Below, piece after piece: positions 28,534 through 37,349 of a stretch of 56,057 bases of DNA; positions within the stretch are counted from its first letter, which is position 1; every line of letters starts with the position of its first letter. This DNA comes from Candidatus Caldarchaeales archaeon. GTDB lineage: Archaea; Thermoproteota; Nitrososphaeria_A; Caldarchaeales; Wolframiiraptoraceae. The position numbers and the translations under genes are program-made. The DNA lies in contig JBCNVN010000003.1 of the NCBI GenBank assembly GCA_039630055.1, positions 1 to 56,057 on the forward strand, written 5' to 3'. The notes beneath the pieces are model-generated. The model was not told the DNA's origin. It ran no database searches and saw only the letters and a list, made by a program, of their open reading frames with translations.

Positions 28534-29229
28534 TTGAGTCATGATCATGAAGTAGAAAAGCCAGTATCCAAAGAGAGAAGGTCTACCCTAAAATTTATCA
28601 CGATAATCTCATTTATACTGGGTTTCGGTAGTTTAGCTAGCTTAATCAAGTCTGTTACCCCTCCTATTCTAGAGATCCCTGAATGGCCTAGAGTAAAGGT
28701 TGCAAATATTAGAACCATCAAACCTATGACCTGGTACCTCTACTCCTATCCTACTACTGAGATTCCATGCATACTTATAAAGACGGGTAAGAATGTAGAT
28801 GGAGGGGTTGGACCAGATAGAGATATTGTTTCATACGTTATGATCTGCCAACATGCAAGATACTATGGCACGATCTATATACCACCAGAGATAAATCGAG
28901 ACCCGAACAAGCTAAATTATCTGAAGACCGTTCCACCGGATATTCTCAAGCTTCACCCAGAGAAAAACCTACTATACTGTCCTGCACATGCAGGAGTCTA
29001 CGACCTAGATAACGGGGGAAGCGTTCTCTATGGACCTCCATTCTGCGGTCTAAGTAGAGCCGTCCTAGAGTATGATGAAGAGACTGGAGATATATATGTG
29101 GTTGGATTAGCTCCCCCGGCTCCACCACTTCCAGGAGTTACCCAATGTTCTATAGATGAAGAAGAGTTAAAGAGGATAATGCTTGGGAAGAAGCTTGTAT
29201 CTGAAGTTGTTTTAGAAGAGAAGGTTTAG
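28534..29229 (+). CDS. Tat-exported Rieske [2Fe-2S] protein (archaeal SoxF/SoxL-like) lacking the disulfide cysteines
   Basis: RRSTLK Tat motif plus TM; GVGPDRDIV; box I CQHARY; box II CPAHAGVY; GPP. Confidence 0.92.
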   Translation: MSHDHEVEKPVSKERRSTLKFITIISFILGFGSLASLIKSVTPPILEIPEWPRVKVANIRTIKPMTWYLYSYPTTEIPCILIKTGKNVDGGVGPDRDIVSYVMICQHARYYGTIYIPPEINRDPNKLNYLKTVPPDILKLHPEKNLLYCPAHAGVYDLDNGGSVLYGPPFCGLSRAVLEYDEETGDIYVVGLAPPAPPLPGVTQCSIDEEELKRIMLGKKLVSEVVLEEKV

Positions 29230-29240
29230 GAGGTTTAAAG

Positions 29241-30719
29241 ATGAAGAAAGGTATAATTGAGAGGTTTTCAAACTGGCTGGATGAGAACTTTGGATTCACC
29301 AAGACTATACTTAGACCAGTCCCTGAATATTCTTTGAGGAATCCTTCATACTGGCTTGGAGCTTTAGCTACAGTAGCATTCTTTACAGCTGGCGTATCTG
29401 GTATAATCCTACTACAGTATTACGATCCTCACCCGGATAATGCATGGGAGTCTGTAAGTAAGATTATGGTTGAGGTTCCATTTGGAAACCTTTTAAGAAA
29501 CATCCACATCTACTCTGCATTCTCGATGATTTTTATTACATTTATACATTTTATGAGAAATTATTTCGTCATTGCATATAAGAGACCTAGAGAGTTGATG
29601 TGGATTGTGGGGATGTTGTTAGGTATGGCCACATTGATGATGGGGTTCACGGGTTATCTTCTACCATGGTATGCTCTATCCTATGCAGCCGTAGGATTTG
29701 GGATAACAATAATAAAACAGTTGCCACAACCTCTAAGCGGTTTCTTAGAATACATAGTCTCAGGTTATGGTACAGATGCTGAATTGCTGAGAAGATTCTA
29801 TACATTCCATACAGTCTTGCTTCCAGCAACGATAATAATCTTGCTTGCTGTGAAATTACATATATTTGAAGTTCATGGTATAACTGAGCCTTTATCAAGG
29901 AATTTACCGGATGAAGAGAAGAAACTTGTACCATGGTTCCCAAACGTATTCATGTATTTCATGATACTAGTTACAGCTTTTATCGCATCAATCTTGACTG
30001 CCTCAATAATATATCCATTCGGATTACATGAGAAATATACTCCTGGGATAGTTACGATACCGATGCCTGAGTGGTATTTCATGTGGACTTATGCTATAGC
30101 TAAAACAGAATTTATCGAGGTGCTCGGAGAGACAGGTTTCAAAATATTTGTATCAACTCTCATAATCATAGTGTTAATCTTCGTATTCTTACCATTCATA
30201 GATAGATGGAAAGATAAGCATCCTTCAGAGAGACCATTCTTCATAGCTGTAGGTGTCTGGATTATAGTTGAGCTAGTATTGATGACTTACCTAGCCTGGG
30301 TTACAGCTGGCACATATATCCCATCCTATGTGGCTATACTAAGTATATTGATTCCAGGTATAGTCATCTTTCTAGTAGCCTATGGATATAAGAGAAGGAT
30401 GGAGAGAGCACCCGAGCTAGTCTGGGAGAAATTCAGCAAGATAAGTGCGACCAGATTAGATGGTAACAGGTTTGATCCTAGAAGATATAGCTGGAACTTT
30501 GTCAGATTCATATTAGGTGTAATGTGTGCTGGACTATCGTTTAGGATTATATGGGGTTCAATCTTTGAAGGGATTGGTATAGGATGGACCATGCTCGGTC
30601 TAGCCCTTATCTCAATCTCTATTCTTGAATCTATTAGAGCAGTATACATTGCAGATCTATCTTCACAGAACATAAAGAATAGATCGAGAATGCTTGAAAG
30701 GTGGTGGGGGATTGGTTAG
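29241..30719 (+). CDS. Cytochrome b of a Rieske/cytochrome b complex (long archaeal type)
   Basis: AWESV, helix-B His pair H-x13-H, YKRPRELMWIVG, FTGYLLPW, LRRFYTFH, Qo motif PEWY, LPFID, RP; extra C-terminal TM helices. Confidence 0.95.
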   Translation: MKKGIIERFSNWLDENFGFTKTILRPVPEYSLRNPSYWLGALATVAFFTAGVSGIILLQYYDPHPDNAWESVSKIMVEVPFGNLLRNIHIYSAFSMIFITFIHFMRNYFVIAYKRPRELMWIVGMLLGMATLMMGFTGYLLPWYALSYAAVGFGITIIKQLPQPLSGFLEYIVSGYGTDAELLRRFYTFHTVLLPATIIILLAVKLHIFEVHGITEPLSRNLPDEEKKLVPWFPNVFMYFMILVTAFIASILTASIIYPFGLHEKYTPGIVTIPMPEWYFMWTYAIAKTEFIEVLGETGFKIFVSTLIIIVLIFVFLPFIDRWKDKHPSERPFFIAVGVWIIVELVLMTYLAWVTAGTYIPSYVAILSILIPGIVIFLVAYGYKRRMERAPELVWEKFSKISATRLDGNRFDPRRYSWNFVRFILGVMCAGLSFRIIWGSIFEGIGIGWTMLGLALISISILESIRAVYIADLSSQNIKNRSRMLERWWGIG

Positions 30720-30972
30720 AAGAACCGATATAACACTAGCAGTACTCTTAGTATTTCAACTAGTCTTAACAGTCCTCATCTGGATGATCAACCCGATAAT
30801 AGTGACTCAGCAGATAGCTGCAGCAGGGTTCATTGCATCCAATCTACTCATTCTTGGAATGATCATATACATTTATTATAGAGGAGAAGATTATGATCAA
30901 GAATGGATATCAGCAGGTTTAGGAGTGATAGTCTTGATATTATTATTAACATATTTTAAGGGAGGGTTCTAG
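30712..30972 (+). CDS. Small 3-TM membrane protein between cytochrome b and dsrM
   Basis: Probable TTG start at 30712 after GGTGGTGGGGG (the track starts at 30694); overlaps the cyt b stop and abuts dsrM with a 0-nt gap. Confidence 0.75.
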   Translation: MVRRTDITLAVLLVFQLVLTVLIWMINPIIVTQQIAAAGFIASNLLILGMIIYIYYRGEDYDQEWISAGLGVIVLILLLTYFKGGF

Positions 30973-31782
30973 TTGGATATCCTATTATTTATCCTAGGTT
31001 CAATAACCCCCTACATTGCCTTCTTTACACTGGTACTAGGCTTAATATATAGAGTGGCTAGATGGCTGTCAATACCTGTTCCATTTAGATTCCCAGTAGC
31101 TCCCGCACCAATAACTTATGGAGGGGTTCTAAAAAGACTATCATTAGACTTCTTTGTATTTAGAAATCTGATAAGGGGAGGTAAGAAGCTGTGGCTCGGT
31201 GGATATGTATTCCACATAGCTCTAGCGATAACACTAGTATCCCATATAATAAACATCTATTTCCATCAAGTATGGGAAGTAATAGGATATGGATGGTATG
31301 AGGCGGTCCTATACTCAGGCTTCTTCTTTCTAGCCGTTCTATCCTTTCTCCTCATAAGGAGAATACTACTACCCAATATTAGATACATTTCTAATGTAGC
31401 CGACTATTTCATCTTATCTCTATTGATCGCTGTCGTCTTCTTAGGGGTCTTCATACGGAGTTTCGGGCTAGTAGATATGGCTTCTGTAAGCAGATACATG
31501 TACAGTCTATTAACATTCAATCCCATAACCCCGCCGAATAATGTCTGGTTCCTCACCCACTACGCCCTCGCCCAGATGCTATTCATATATATACCCTTCA
31601 GCAAGGTCTCCCACCTGATAGGCTGGGTCCTATCAACGACGAGGAATATGAGAAATATAACTAGATGGAAAAGACATGTTAATCCTTGGGATTATCCTGT
31701 AGAAGTGATCACTTGGGAAGAATACTATGAGAAATTTAGAGAAGAGTTGGAAAGTATTGGTCCAGGTGGTGAGAGGCGTTGA
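30973..31782 (+). CDS. dsrM: DsrM diheme cytochrome b
   Basis: FHIALAITLVSH, RRI...IRYIS...DYF, THYALAQMLFIYIPFSKVSH and the DsrM tail TRN...RHVNPW. Confidence 0.93.
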   Translation: MDILLFILGSITPYIAFFTLVLGLIYRVARWLSIPVPFRFPVAPAPITYGGVLKRLSLDFFVFRNLIRGGKKLWLGGYVFHIALAITLVSHIINIYFHQVWEVIGYGWYEAVLYSGFFFLAVLSFLLIRRILLPNIRYISNVADYFILSLLIAVVFLGVFIRSFGLVDMASVSRYMYSLLTFNPITPPNNVWFLTHYALAQMLFIYIPFSKVSHLIGWVLSTTRNMRNITRWKRHVNPWDYPVEVITWEEYYEKFREELESIGPGGERR

Positions 31783-33245
31783 AATTAGATATGAGCTTCC
31801 CGGGAAGAAAGTATAAGCTGTATGCTACATGGAAGAGAGATATGGAGACGATGAATCTACCCTTCCCGAGAGAATGGAGCCACAACCAGTTTAATCTACC
31901 TCCAAACTGGAGAGAGATAGCATTAAAGAAGATGGATGAGATGATTAATAAGATGAGGTCTGTAAAGCTCTTTCTAGATATCTGCGTAAAGTGTGGAGCA
32001 TGTACAGATAAGTGCCCATTCTTTCTCGGTACTCTAGATCCAAACAACATGCCTGTCGCGAGGCAAGACCTCTTCAGATCGATATACAAGAGATACTTTA
32101 CATTAACAGGCAAGATCTTTAGAGGATTGGTTGGGGCCGAGGAGCTAACAGAAGATATGGTCGAGAAATGGTACACATACTTCTATCAGTGCTCTCAATG
32201 TAGGAGGTGCTCAGTCTACTGCCCATACGGAATAGATACTGCAGAGATAATGATAGCTGGTAGAGAAGTATTGACAGCCATAGGTCTCAGCCCTAGGTCT
32301 TTAACCGAAGCAATAGCAAAATGTGAGACGATAGGGAACCATATGGGGATTCCTCCGGCAGCCTTGCTAAGCGCGGTAGAGTTTGCAGAAGAAGAGATAA
32401 GGGAAGAAACAGGAATCTCGGTTAAGGTACCGATCAATAAGAAGGGAGCGGAGATACTCTACATCCCACCTTCTGCAGATTTCTTCGGTGGCCCCCACTG
32501 GGGAACCTTGAAAGGAGTGATAAAGATGTTCCACCAGATTGGCCTAGATTATACGATCAGCACGTATGCTAGTGAAGGAGGAAACTTTGGAACATGGCTT
32601 GGATATGAACATATGAAGAAGATAAATAAGAAGATAGTTGAAGAGGCTAGGAGGCTTGGAGTAAAATGGATTCTGGGAGGAGAATGTGGACATATGTGGA
32701 GGGTCTTCCATGCATTTATGGATACGTTAAATGGTCCATTAGACTTTCTGGAGGAGCCTGTCTCACCTATAACCGGGACAAAGTTTGAGCATGCAGCCTC
32801 AACTAAAGTGGTTCATATATGTGAATTTACTGCAGACCTTATAAAACATGGAAAACTCAAGCTCAATCCAGATGCAAATAATAATTACGTGGTTACATAT
32901 CATGACTCATGCAACCCTGCCAGAGTTCTAGGATTGATCGAAGAACCTAGATACATCTTAAAGAATGTATGCAGGAACTATGTAGAACTCGACCCAACTC
33001 TGAACAGGGAGAGAACTATATGTTGTTGTGCAGGTGGAGGTCTCCTCGCAGATGAGACGATCGAGCTGAGGTTAAAAGCTATCAGACCAAAGATCGAGGC
33101 GATAAAGAGAACTGGAGCAAACTTCCTTGCATGCATCTGCGCAATAGACAAAGCAGCTTTTACAGAATATACTGACCACTTCAAGCTACCGATAACTGTG
33201 GGAGGAGTTCATGAACTAGTTGGAAACGCCCTCGTATTCGACTAA
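31779..33245 (+). CDS. dsrK: DsrK Fe-S/CCG catalytic subunit
   Basis: LFLDICVKCGACTDKC, NMPVAR, FYQCSQCRRCSVYCPYGIDTAEI, SEGGNFG, GECGHMWR, YHDSCN, CCAGGG and ICAID. Confidence 0.95.
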   Translation: MKLDMSFPGRKYKLYATWKRDMETMNLPFPREWSHNQFNLPPNWREIALKKMDEMINKMRSVKLFLDICVKCGACTDKCPFFLGTLDPNNMPVARQDLFRSIYKRYFTLTGKIFRGLVGAEELTEDMVEKWYTYFYQCSQCRRCSVYCPYGIDTAEIMIAGREVLTAIGLSPRSLTEAIAKCETIGNHMGIPPAALLSAVEFAEEEIREETGISVKVPINKKGAEILYIPPSADFFGGPHWGTLKGVIKMFHQIGLDYTISTYASEGGNFGTWLGYEHMKKINKKIVEEARRLGVKWILGGECGHMWRVFHAFMDTLNGPLDFLEEPVSPITGTKFEHAASTKVVHICEFTADLIKHGKLKLNPDANNNYVVTYHDSCNPARVLGLIEEPRYILKNVCRNYVELDPTLNRERTICCCAGGGLLADETIELRLKAIRPKIEAIKRTGANFLACICAIDKAAFTEYTDHFKLPITVGGVHELVGNALVFD

Positions 33246-33391
33246 TACTCTCTTAAAGAAAACCTCAAGATATACTCTTAACCAATTATAAGAATTAATC
33301 ATTAGTAGATTAAGGCCCATTTCAAACAGTCAACATCTATAATAGTAAAATTAATTATGATGTCGAAAACTATGATTAACAATGATGTTTT

Positions 33392-33967
33392 ATGTTGTCT
33401 AGAAATTATGTGTTGATAGGTATTGGAGGTGCAAGTGATGAGGAGCCTTTACCATTAGCAGTGGAGAAGACTAGGAGGTTTGCACAGAGACTAACACAAT
33501 ACAGAGAATATGTTAAATTATTGAGCGGTGGAGATGGTGGACTTATGAGGATAGCATCTGAGGAATTTGTTAAAAGAGGGGGTGATACTGTTGGATTTAT
33601 ACCTCTGGAAGATGAGAAGAGACTGCCTACAGATCCAAGATATAACCCTTACAATTCTATCAGGATCTTGACTGGGATAACCTTGCAAGCCAGGAGTATA
33701 ATGCTTGTTAGAAGTAGCCATTCATTCGTAGTATTAGGAGGTGGTGCTGGAACAATAATAGAAGCATACTTAGCATACCTATTCTCTATACCTCTCATAT
33801 TCTTGACCGGTACCGGATATCCATCGGATAATATTGAGAAAATATGTTTAGATGGCTACCTAGATCATAAAAAAATTATTAGAGCATACTTTACTGAAGA
33901 CGCTGAGGAGGCGGCTGACCTAGCCTATAAAATGGGCTCTGAGAGAATGAGGGCATCTATTGTTTAA
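33392..33967 (+). CDS. LOG/SLOG-family nucleotide-binding protein (TIGR00725-like)
   Basis: SGGDGGLM, TVGFIP, ARS..LVRS and GGGAGTIIEAY. Confidence 0.85.
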   Translation: MLSRNYVLIGIGGASDEEPLPLAVEKTRRFAQRLTQYREYVKLLSGGDGGLMRIASEEFVKRGGDTVGFIPLEDEKRLPTDPRYNPYNSIRILTGITLQARSIMLVRSSHSFVVLGGGAGTIIEAYLAYLFSIPLIFLTGTGYPSDNIEKICLDGYLDHKKIIRAYFTEDAEEAADLAYKMGSERMRASIV

Positions 33968-34484
33968 GTTGATAGTATGCTCCAACCGCTGAGAGAAAGA
34001 TAATTATTATAATAGATAGTATAGGGTTCTGGGGAATGAACATATTGATGGAATGAGAGACGAGCATGGCGCCGAGTATCGCTGTACCGATAGATAGAAC
34101 CTTGTTAAAGAGTATGAAAACAATAACAAAAACTATTATAGAAATTATGAGGGGGATCGTCCAGTCTTGAAAATACGGTCTCAGAAAACTATACGTAAAG
34201 TATCCGCCGATCAATCCGCCGAGAAAATACATTAATAAGATAGTTAATATTCCTGAGATGATGAATCCGATTAAGGGGATTATGTAGATATATGGTTCAC
34301 CAATTTCTAGCCGTGGAACGATTAGCTGATAAAATATATATGCTCCAACAATTCCACCGACTATAAACGTAACCATCTTCACTATCTTTCTACCATAAAA
34401 GACCAACAACAACCCTAGTACTAGAAAGATTATCCCCGAGAGTGAGTCTATGAAACCTAAACTCTTACCAAGGTTTAATATCAT
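33957..34484 (-). CDS. DUF4203-like polytopic membrane protein
   Basis: GLLLVFYGRK..K...FIVGG and TAILGA pattern; about six TM helices. Confidence 0.7.
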   Translation of the reverse strand: MILNLGKSLGFIDSLSGIIFLVLGLLLVFYGRKIVKMVTFIVGGIVGAYIFYQLIVPRLEIGEPYIYIIPLIGFIISGILTILLMYFLGGLIGGYFTYSFLRPYFQDWTIPLIISIIVFVIVFILFNKVLSIGTAILGAMLVSHSINMFIPQNPILSIIIIIFLSAVGAYYQLKQ

Positions 34485-34505
34485 CGTAAAAATAAGATTA
34501 TCCTC

Positions 34506-35525
34506 TTAGATAAGTTTTTTCTTAATATACTGTATAACTTTGAGTATTAGATCATCCGTCTTAGCGAATCCACCTAGATCTGGTGTCATGACCGTTCTAT
34601 CTTGCAGTACCGTTTCCACTGCTTCTCTAATGAGTTCTGAGGCCTCCGCAAACTCTTTTCTTCCCTTTCTATATGAGAGCCACTCGAGCATCATAGATCC
34701 AGTAAGTATCTGACCTAGTGGATTAGCATATTCGGGATCGATATCGGGAGCGGATCCATGAACTGGCTCGAACAACCCATACTCATCACTAACATTTGCT
34801 GAACATGTTAAACCTAAGGATCCGACAAGTCCAGCTGCTTCATCGCTAAGTATATCTCCAAACATGTTCGGAGTCAGTAAGACATCAAACCTCTTCGGAT
34901 TGATTATCAATTGATAAGCTGCATTATCAACATACATATCTTCAACCGTTACATCATGGTATCTCTTTCCTACTTCTAATGCGACATCTCTAAAGAATGA
35001 GTAACTCTTAAGAACATTTCCTTTATGTACAATTGTAACCTTCCTTCTTCTCTTTAAAGCCATATCAAATGCTATCTTCGCTATTCTTTCAGTTCTTTTC
35101 CTAGTAATGATCAGTAGAGCTACTGCATGGTCAGGGCCAAGATCTTCTACACCTCTATAAAGATCTTCCGTATTCTCTCTAACTATGACTAGATCTACGT
35201 CTTTCCAGAAACTCTTGACGCCTCTAAAAGTTTTAAATGGTCTAATGTTGGCATAGAGATCTAGATGTTGTCTCAAAAATACGATTACCTCTTTTGCTGT
35301 CTCACCTATAGGTCCCTTAAAGCATGCTTCAGAGTTTACTATCTTATCTAGAGAGTCCTTTGGTAGAGCTTCTCCAAACTCTCTCAATACATTATCTCCA
35401 GCTGGAGCATCAATAAATTCTAAACTGAGATTATAGAGATCTGCAACTTCTTCTAATACTCTAATAGCTGATCTAACCACTTTTGGCCCTATCCCATCTC
35501 CATCTATAACACTGATCTTTACCAA
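34506..35525 (-). CDS. leuB: 3-isopropylmalate dehydrogenase (isocitrate/isopropylmalate DH family)
   Basis: GDGIGP, LYANIRP, VRENTEDLY, NMFGDILSDEAA, FEPVHGSAPDI, TPDLGG; divergent from leuA. Confidence 0.88.
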   Translation of the reverse strand: MVKISVIDGDGIGPKVVRSAIRVLEEVADLYNLSLEFIDAPAGDNVLREFGEALPKDSLDKIVNSEACFKGPIGETAKEVIVFLRQHLDLYANIRPFKTFRGVKSFWKDVDLVIVRENTEDLYRGVEDLGPDHAVALLIITRKRTERIAKIAFDMALKRRRKVTIVHKGNVLKSYSFFRDVALEVGKRYHDVTVEDMYVDNAAYQLIINPKRFDVLLTPNMFGDILSDEAAGLVGSLGLTCSANVSDEYGLFEPVHGSAPDIDPEYANPLGQILTGSMMLEWLSYRKGRKEFAEASELIREAVETVLQDRTVMTPDLGGFAKTDDLILKVIQYIKKKLI

Positions 35526-35649
35526 ATCTATCTCATCACCTTCCTTACTAGATTGAATATAGACTTTTAATAATCTTTTAAATGTTGTTCAATGATACTT
35601 TTAAAAATCAAGATCTCAATGAAAGTTGTTATCCTATGTAGACTCATCT

Positions 35650-35664
35650 GAAAAGGTTTATATA
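35650..35664 (+). promoter_or_regulatory. BRE/TATA promoter of the leuA-ilv operon
   Basis: GAAAAGG followed by TTTATATA; implies a 5' leader of about 125-135 nt. Confidence 0.6.
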
Positions 35665-35729
35665 TTCTAAGATTAGTTTTCTATTTTAAGAAGCGTGGTG
35701 GGAATATTGCTTCACAAAGAGACGTCTTA

Positions 35730-35810
35730 TTGAACTCTAAGGCCTTGTCCAAAACTCTCTTGGTGAGAACCAATAATCCATCTCCGACTATATGTATCCT
35801 CCTTCTATAG
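35730..35810 (+). promoter_or_regulatory. Candidate leader peptide ORF (26 aa, ending ICILLL) upstream of leuA
   Basis: TTG 35730 to TAG 35810 gives MNSKALSKTLLVRTNNPSPTICILLL; the stop overlaps the leuA SD AGGTGG. Confidence 0.45.
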
Positions 35811-35819
35811 GTGGTCCAT

Positions 35820-37349
35820 ATGGCCTGGAGAAGTCTACTCTCTACAGAATATATCCTCCCCCAGAAAGTTAAGATATTTGATACAACCCTTAGAGATGGA
35901 GAGCAAACCCCTGGAGTAGCCTTAAGAGTAGATGATAAAGTTACTATTGCGAAGGCTCTAGATGATCTAGGTGTAGATGTTGTGGAAGCAGGATTTCCAA
36001 CCGTTTCAAGAGGGGAAGAAGAAGCTATAAAGAGATTAGCTAGAGAGAATCTAACTGCAAAAGTTTGCGTATTAGCTCGTGCTACCACTCTAGACATCGA
36101 TAAAGCTATTGAGTGCGAGGTCGACTGGGCTCACATATTCATCGCCACCTCCGACATCCATCTAAAACATAAGTTGAATATGAGTAGAGAAGAAGCAGTC
36201 GAAAGAGCTGTAAAGATGGTAGAATATGCAAAAGAGCATGGACTAACAGTTCATTTCTCTGCAGAGGATGCTACCAGAACCGACCTGAACTACTTGGTCA
36301 AAGTATTTAAAGCCGTTGAAGAAGCAGGTGCAGACAGCATCGATGTCCCCGATACAGTTGGCTTCGCTACACCAGCAGCTATAAGAAGAATAGTATCTAC
36401 TGTTAAGAATAACTTGAAGATACCTGTAGCTGTCCACTGCCATGATGATATGGGTTTAGCTGTAGCAAATTCTTTAGCAGGGGTTGAGGCGGGAGCAGAG
36501 ATGATCCATGCAACTATAAATGGATTAGGTGAGAGGGCGGGAAACGCCTCACTCGAGGAGGTCGTAGTTGCACTACATACTTTATATGGAGTAGAGACTG
36601 GAATCCGGCTGGAGAAGATCTATGAAGTCTCTAGACTCGTCGAGAAGCTGACAGGTATAATCGTTCCGAAGAATAAAGCAGTAGTAGGAGATAATGCCTT
36701 CAGCCATGAGAGCGGAATACATGTCCATGGAGTTATAATGTCTCCTGAAACTTATGAGCCGATAGACCCATCTATGGTAGGTAGAAGGAGAAGGATAATC
36801 CTCGGAAAACATTCTGGAAAACATTCAGTGGTAGAGCTTGCAAGACAATTCGGGGTCAAGTTGAGTAATGATCAGGCTGAAGAGGTCTTGGAGAAGATAA
36901 AGATACGAGGAGATCTAGGTTATAAGATAAGTGAATCTGAGTTCTTAAAAATATTGAAGGAGGTTACAAATATGGTCGATCAGAATAGAGGGGGAATAAT
37001 TCTCGAAGAAGTATCGATTAATTCATCGATGGATAAAACCTTGGCGTTCCTATATCTAAGATATCGTGGAGAAGACCATGTATTCGCTGGGGTTGGAAAA
37101 AATAGTATCGAGGCTCTACTCAACATCTATCAAGAAGTGATAAACAAGTTTTCTAAATGCAAATTATACGACTACAAGATCTGGGTATCACCATATCTAA
37201 GAACATGGTCGGAGTCTGAGATAGTATTATTGGCCAATGGAACTGAATTTACCGGTAGAGGGATCGATCCAGACCCCTCCTTAGCCTTTATACATGCATT
37301 CATCAATGCATTAAATCAAGTTTTAGAAGGAGTTGGTAAAGATGGTTGA
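35820..37349 (+). CDS. leuA: 2-isopropylmalate synthase
   Basis: IFDTTLRDGEQTPG, EAGFP, FSAEDATR, VHCHDDMGLA, GERAGNA, HESGIH, LGKHSG. ATG 35820 is preferred (SD AGGTGG); the track uses GTG 35811. Operon with ilv genes. Confidence 0.88.
   Translation: MAWRSLLSTEYILPQKVKIFDTTLRDGEQTPGVALRVDDKVTIAKALDDLGVDVVEAGFPTVSRGEEEAIKRLARENLTAKVCVLARATTLDIDKAIECEVDWAHIFIATSDIHLKHKLNMSREEAVERAVKMVEYAKEHGLTVHFSAEDATRTDLNYLVKVFKAVEEAGADSIDVPDTVGFATPAAIRRIVSTVKNNLKIPVAVHCHDDMGLAVANSLAGVEAGAEMIHATINGLGERAGNASLEEVVVALHTLYGVETGIRLEKIYEVSRLVEKLTGIIVPKNKAVVGDNAFSHESGIHVHGVIMSPETYEPIDPSMVGRRRRIILGKHSGKHSVVELARQFGVKLSNDQAEEVLEKIKIRGDLGYKISESEFLKILKEVTNMVDQNRGGIILEEVSINSSMDKTLAFLYLRYRGEDHVFAGVGKNSIEALLNIYQEVINKFSKCKLYDYKIWVSPYLRTWSESEIVLLANGTEFTGRGIDPDPSLAFIHAFINALNQVLEGVGKDG

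Noticed and set aside
28534-29229. Arsenite oxidase small subunit (AioB) call for the Rieske gene
   Set aside because: GVGPDRDIV resembles AioB, but no molybdopterin large subunit follows; the partner is a PEWY-containing cytochrome b.
35808-35810. Pyrrolysine-type readthrough of the in-frame TAG before leuA
   Set aside because: LeuA homology starts after the stop, a good SD/ATG follows it, and no pyl genes are in view.
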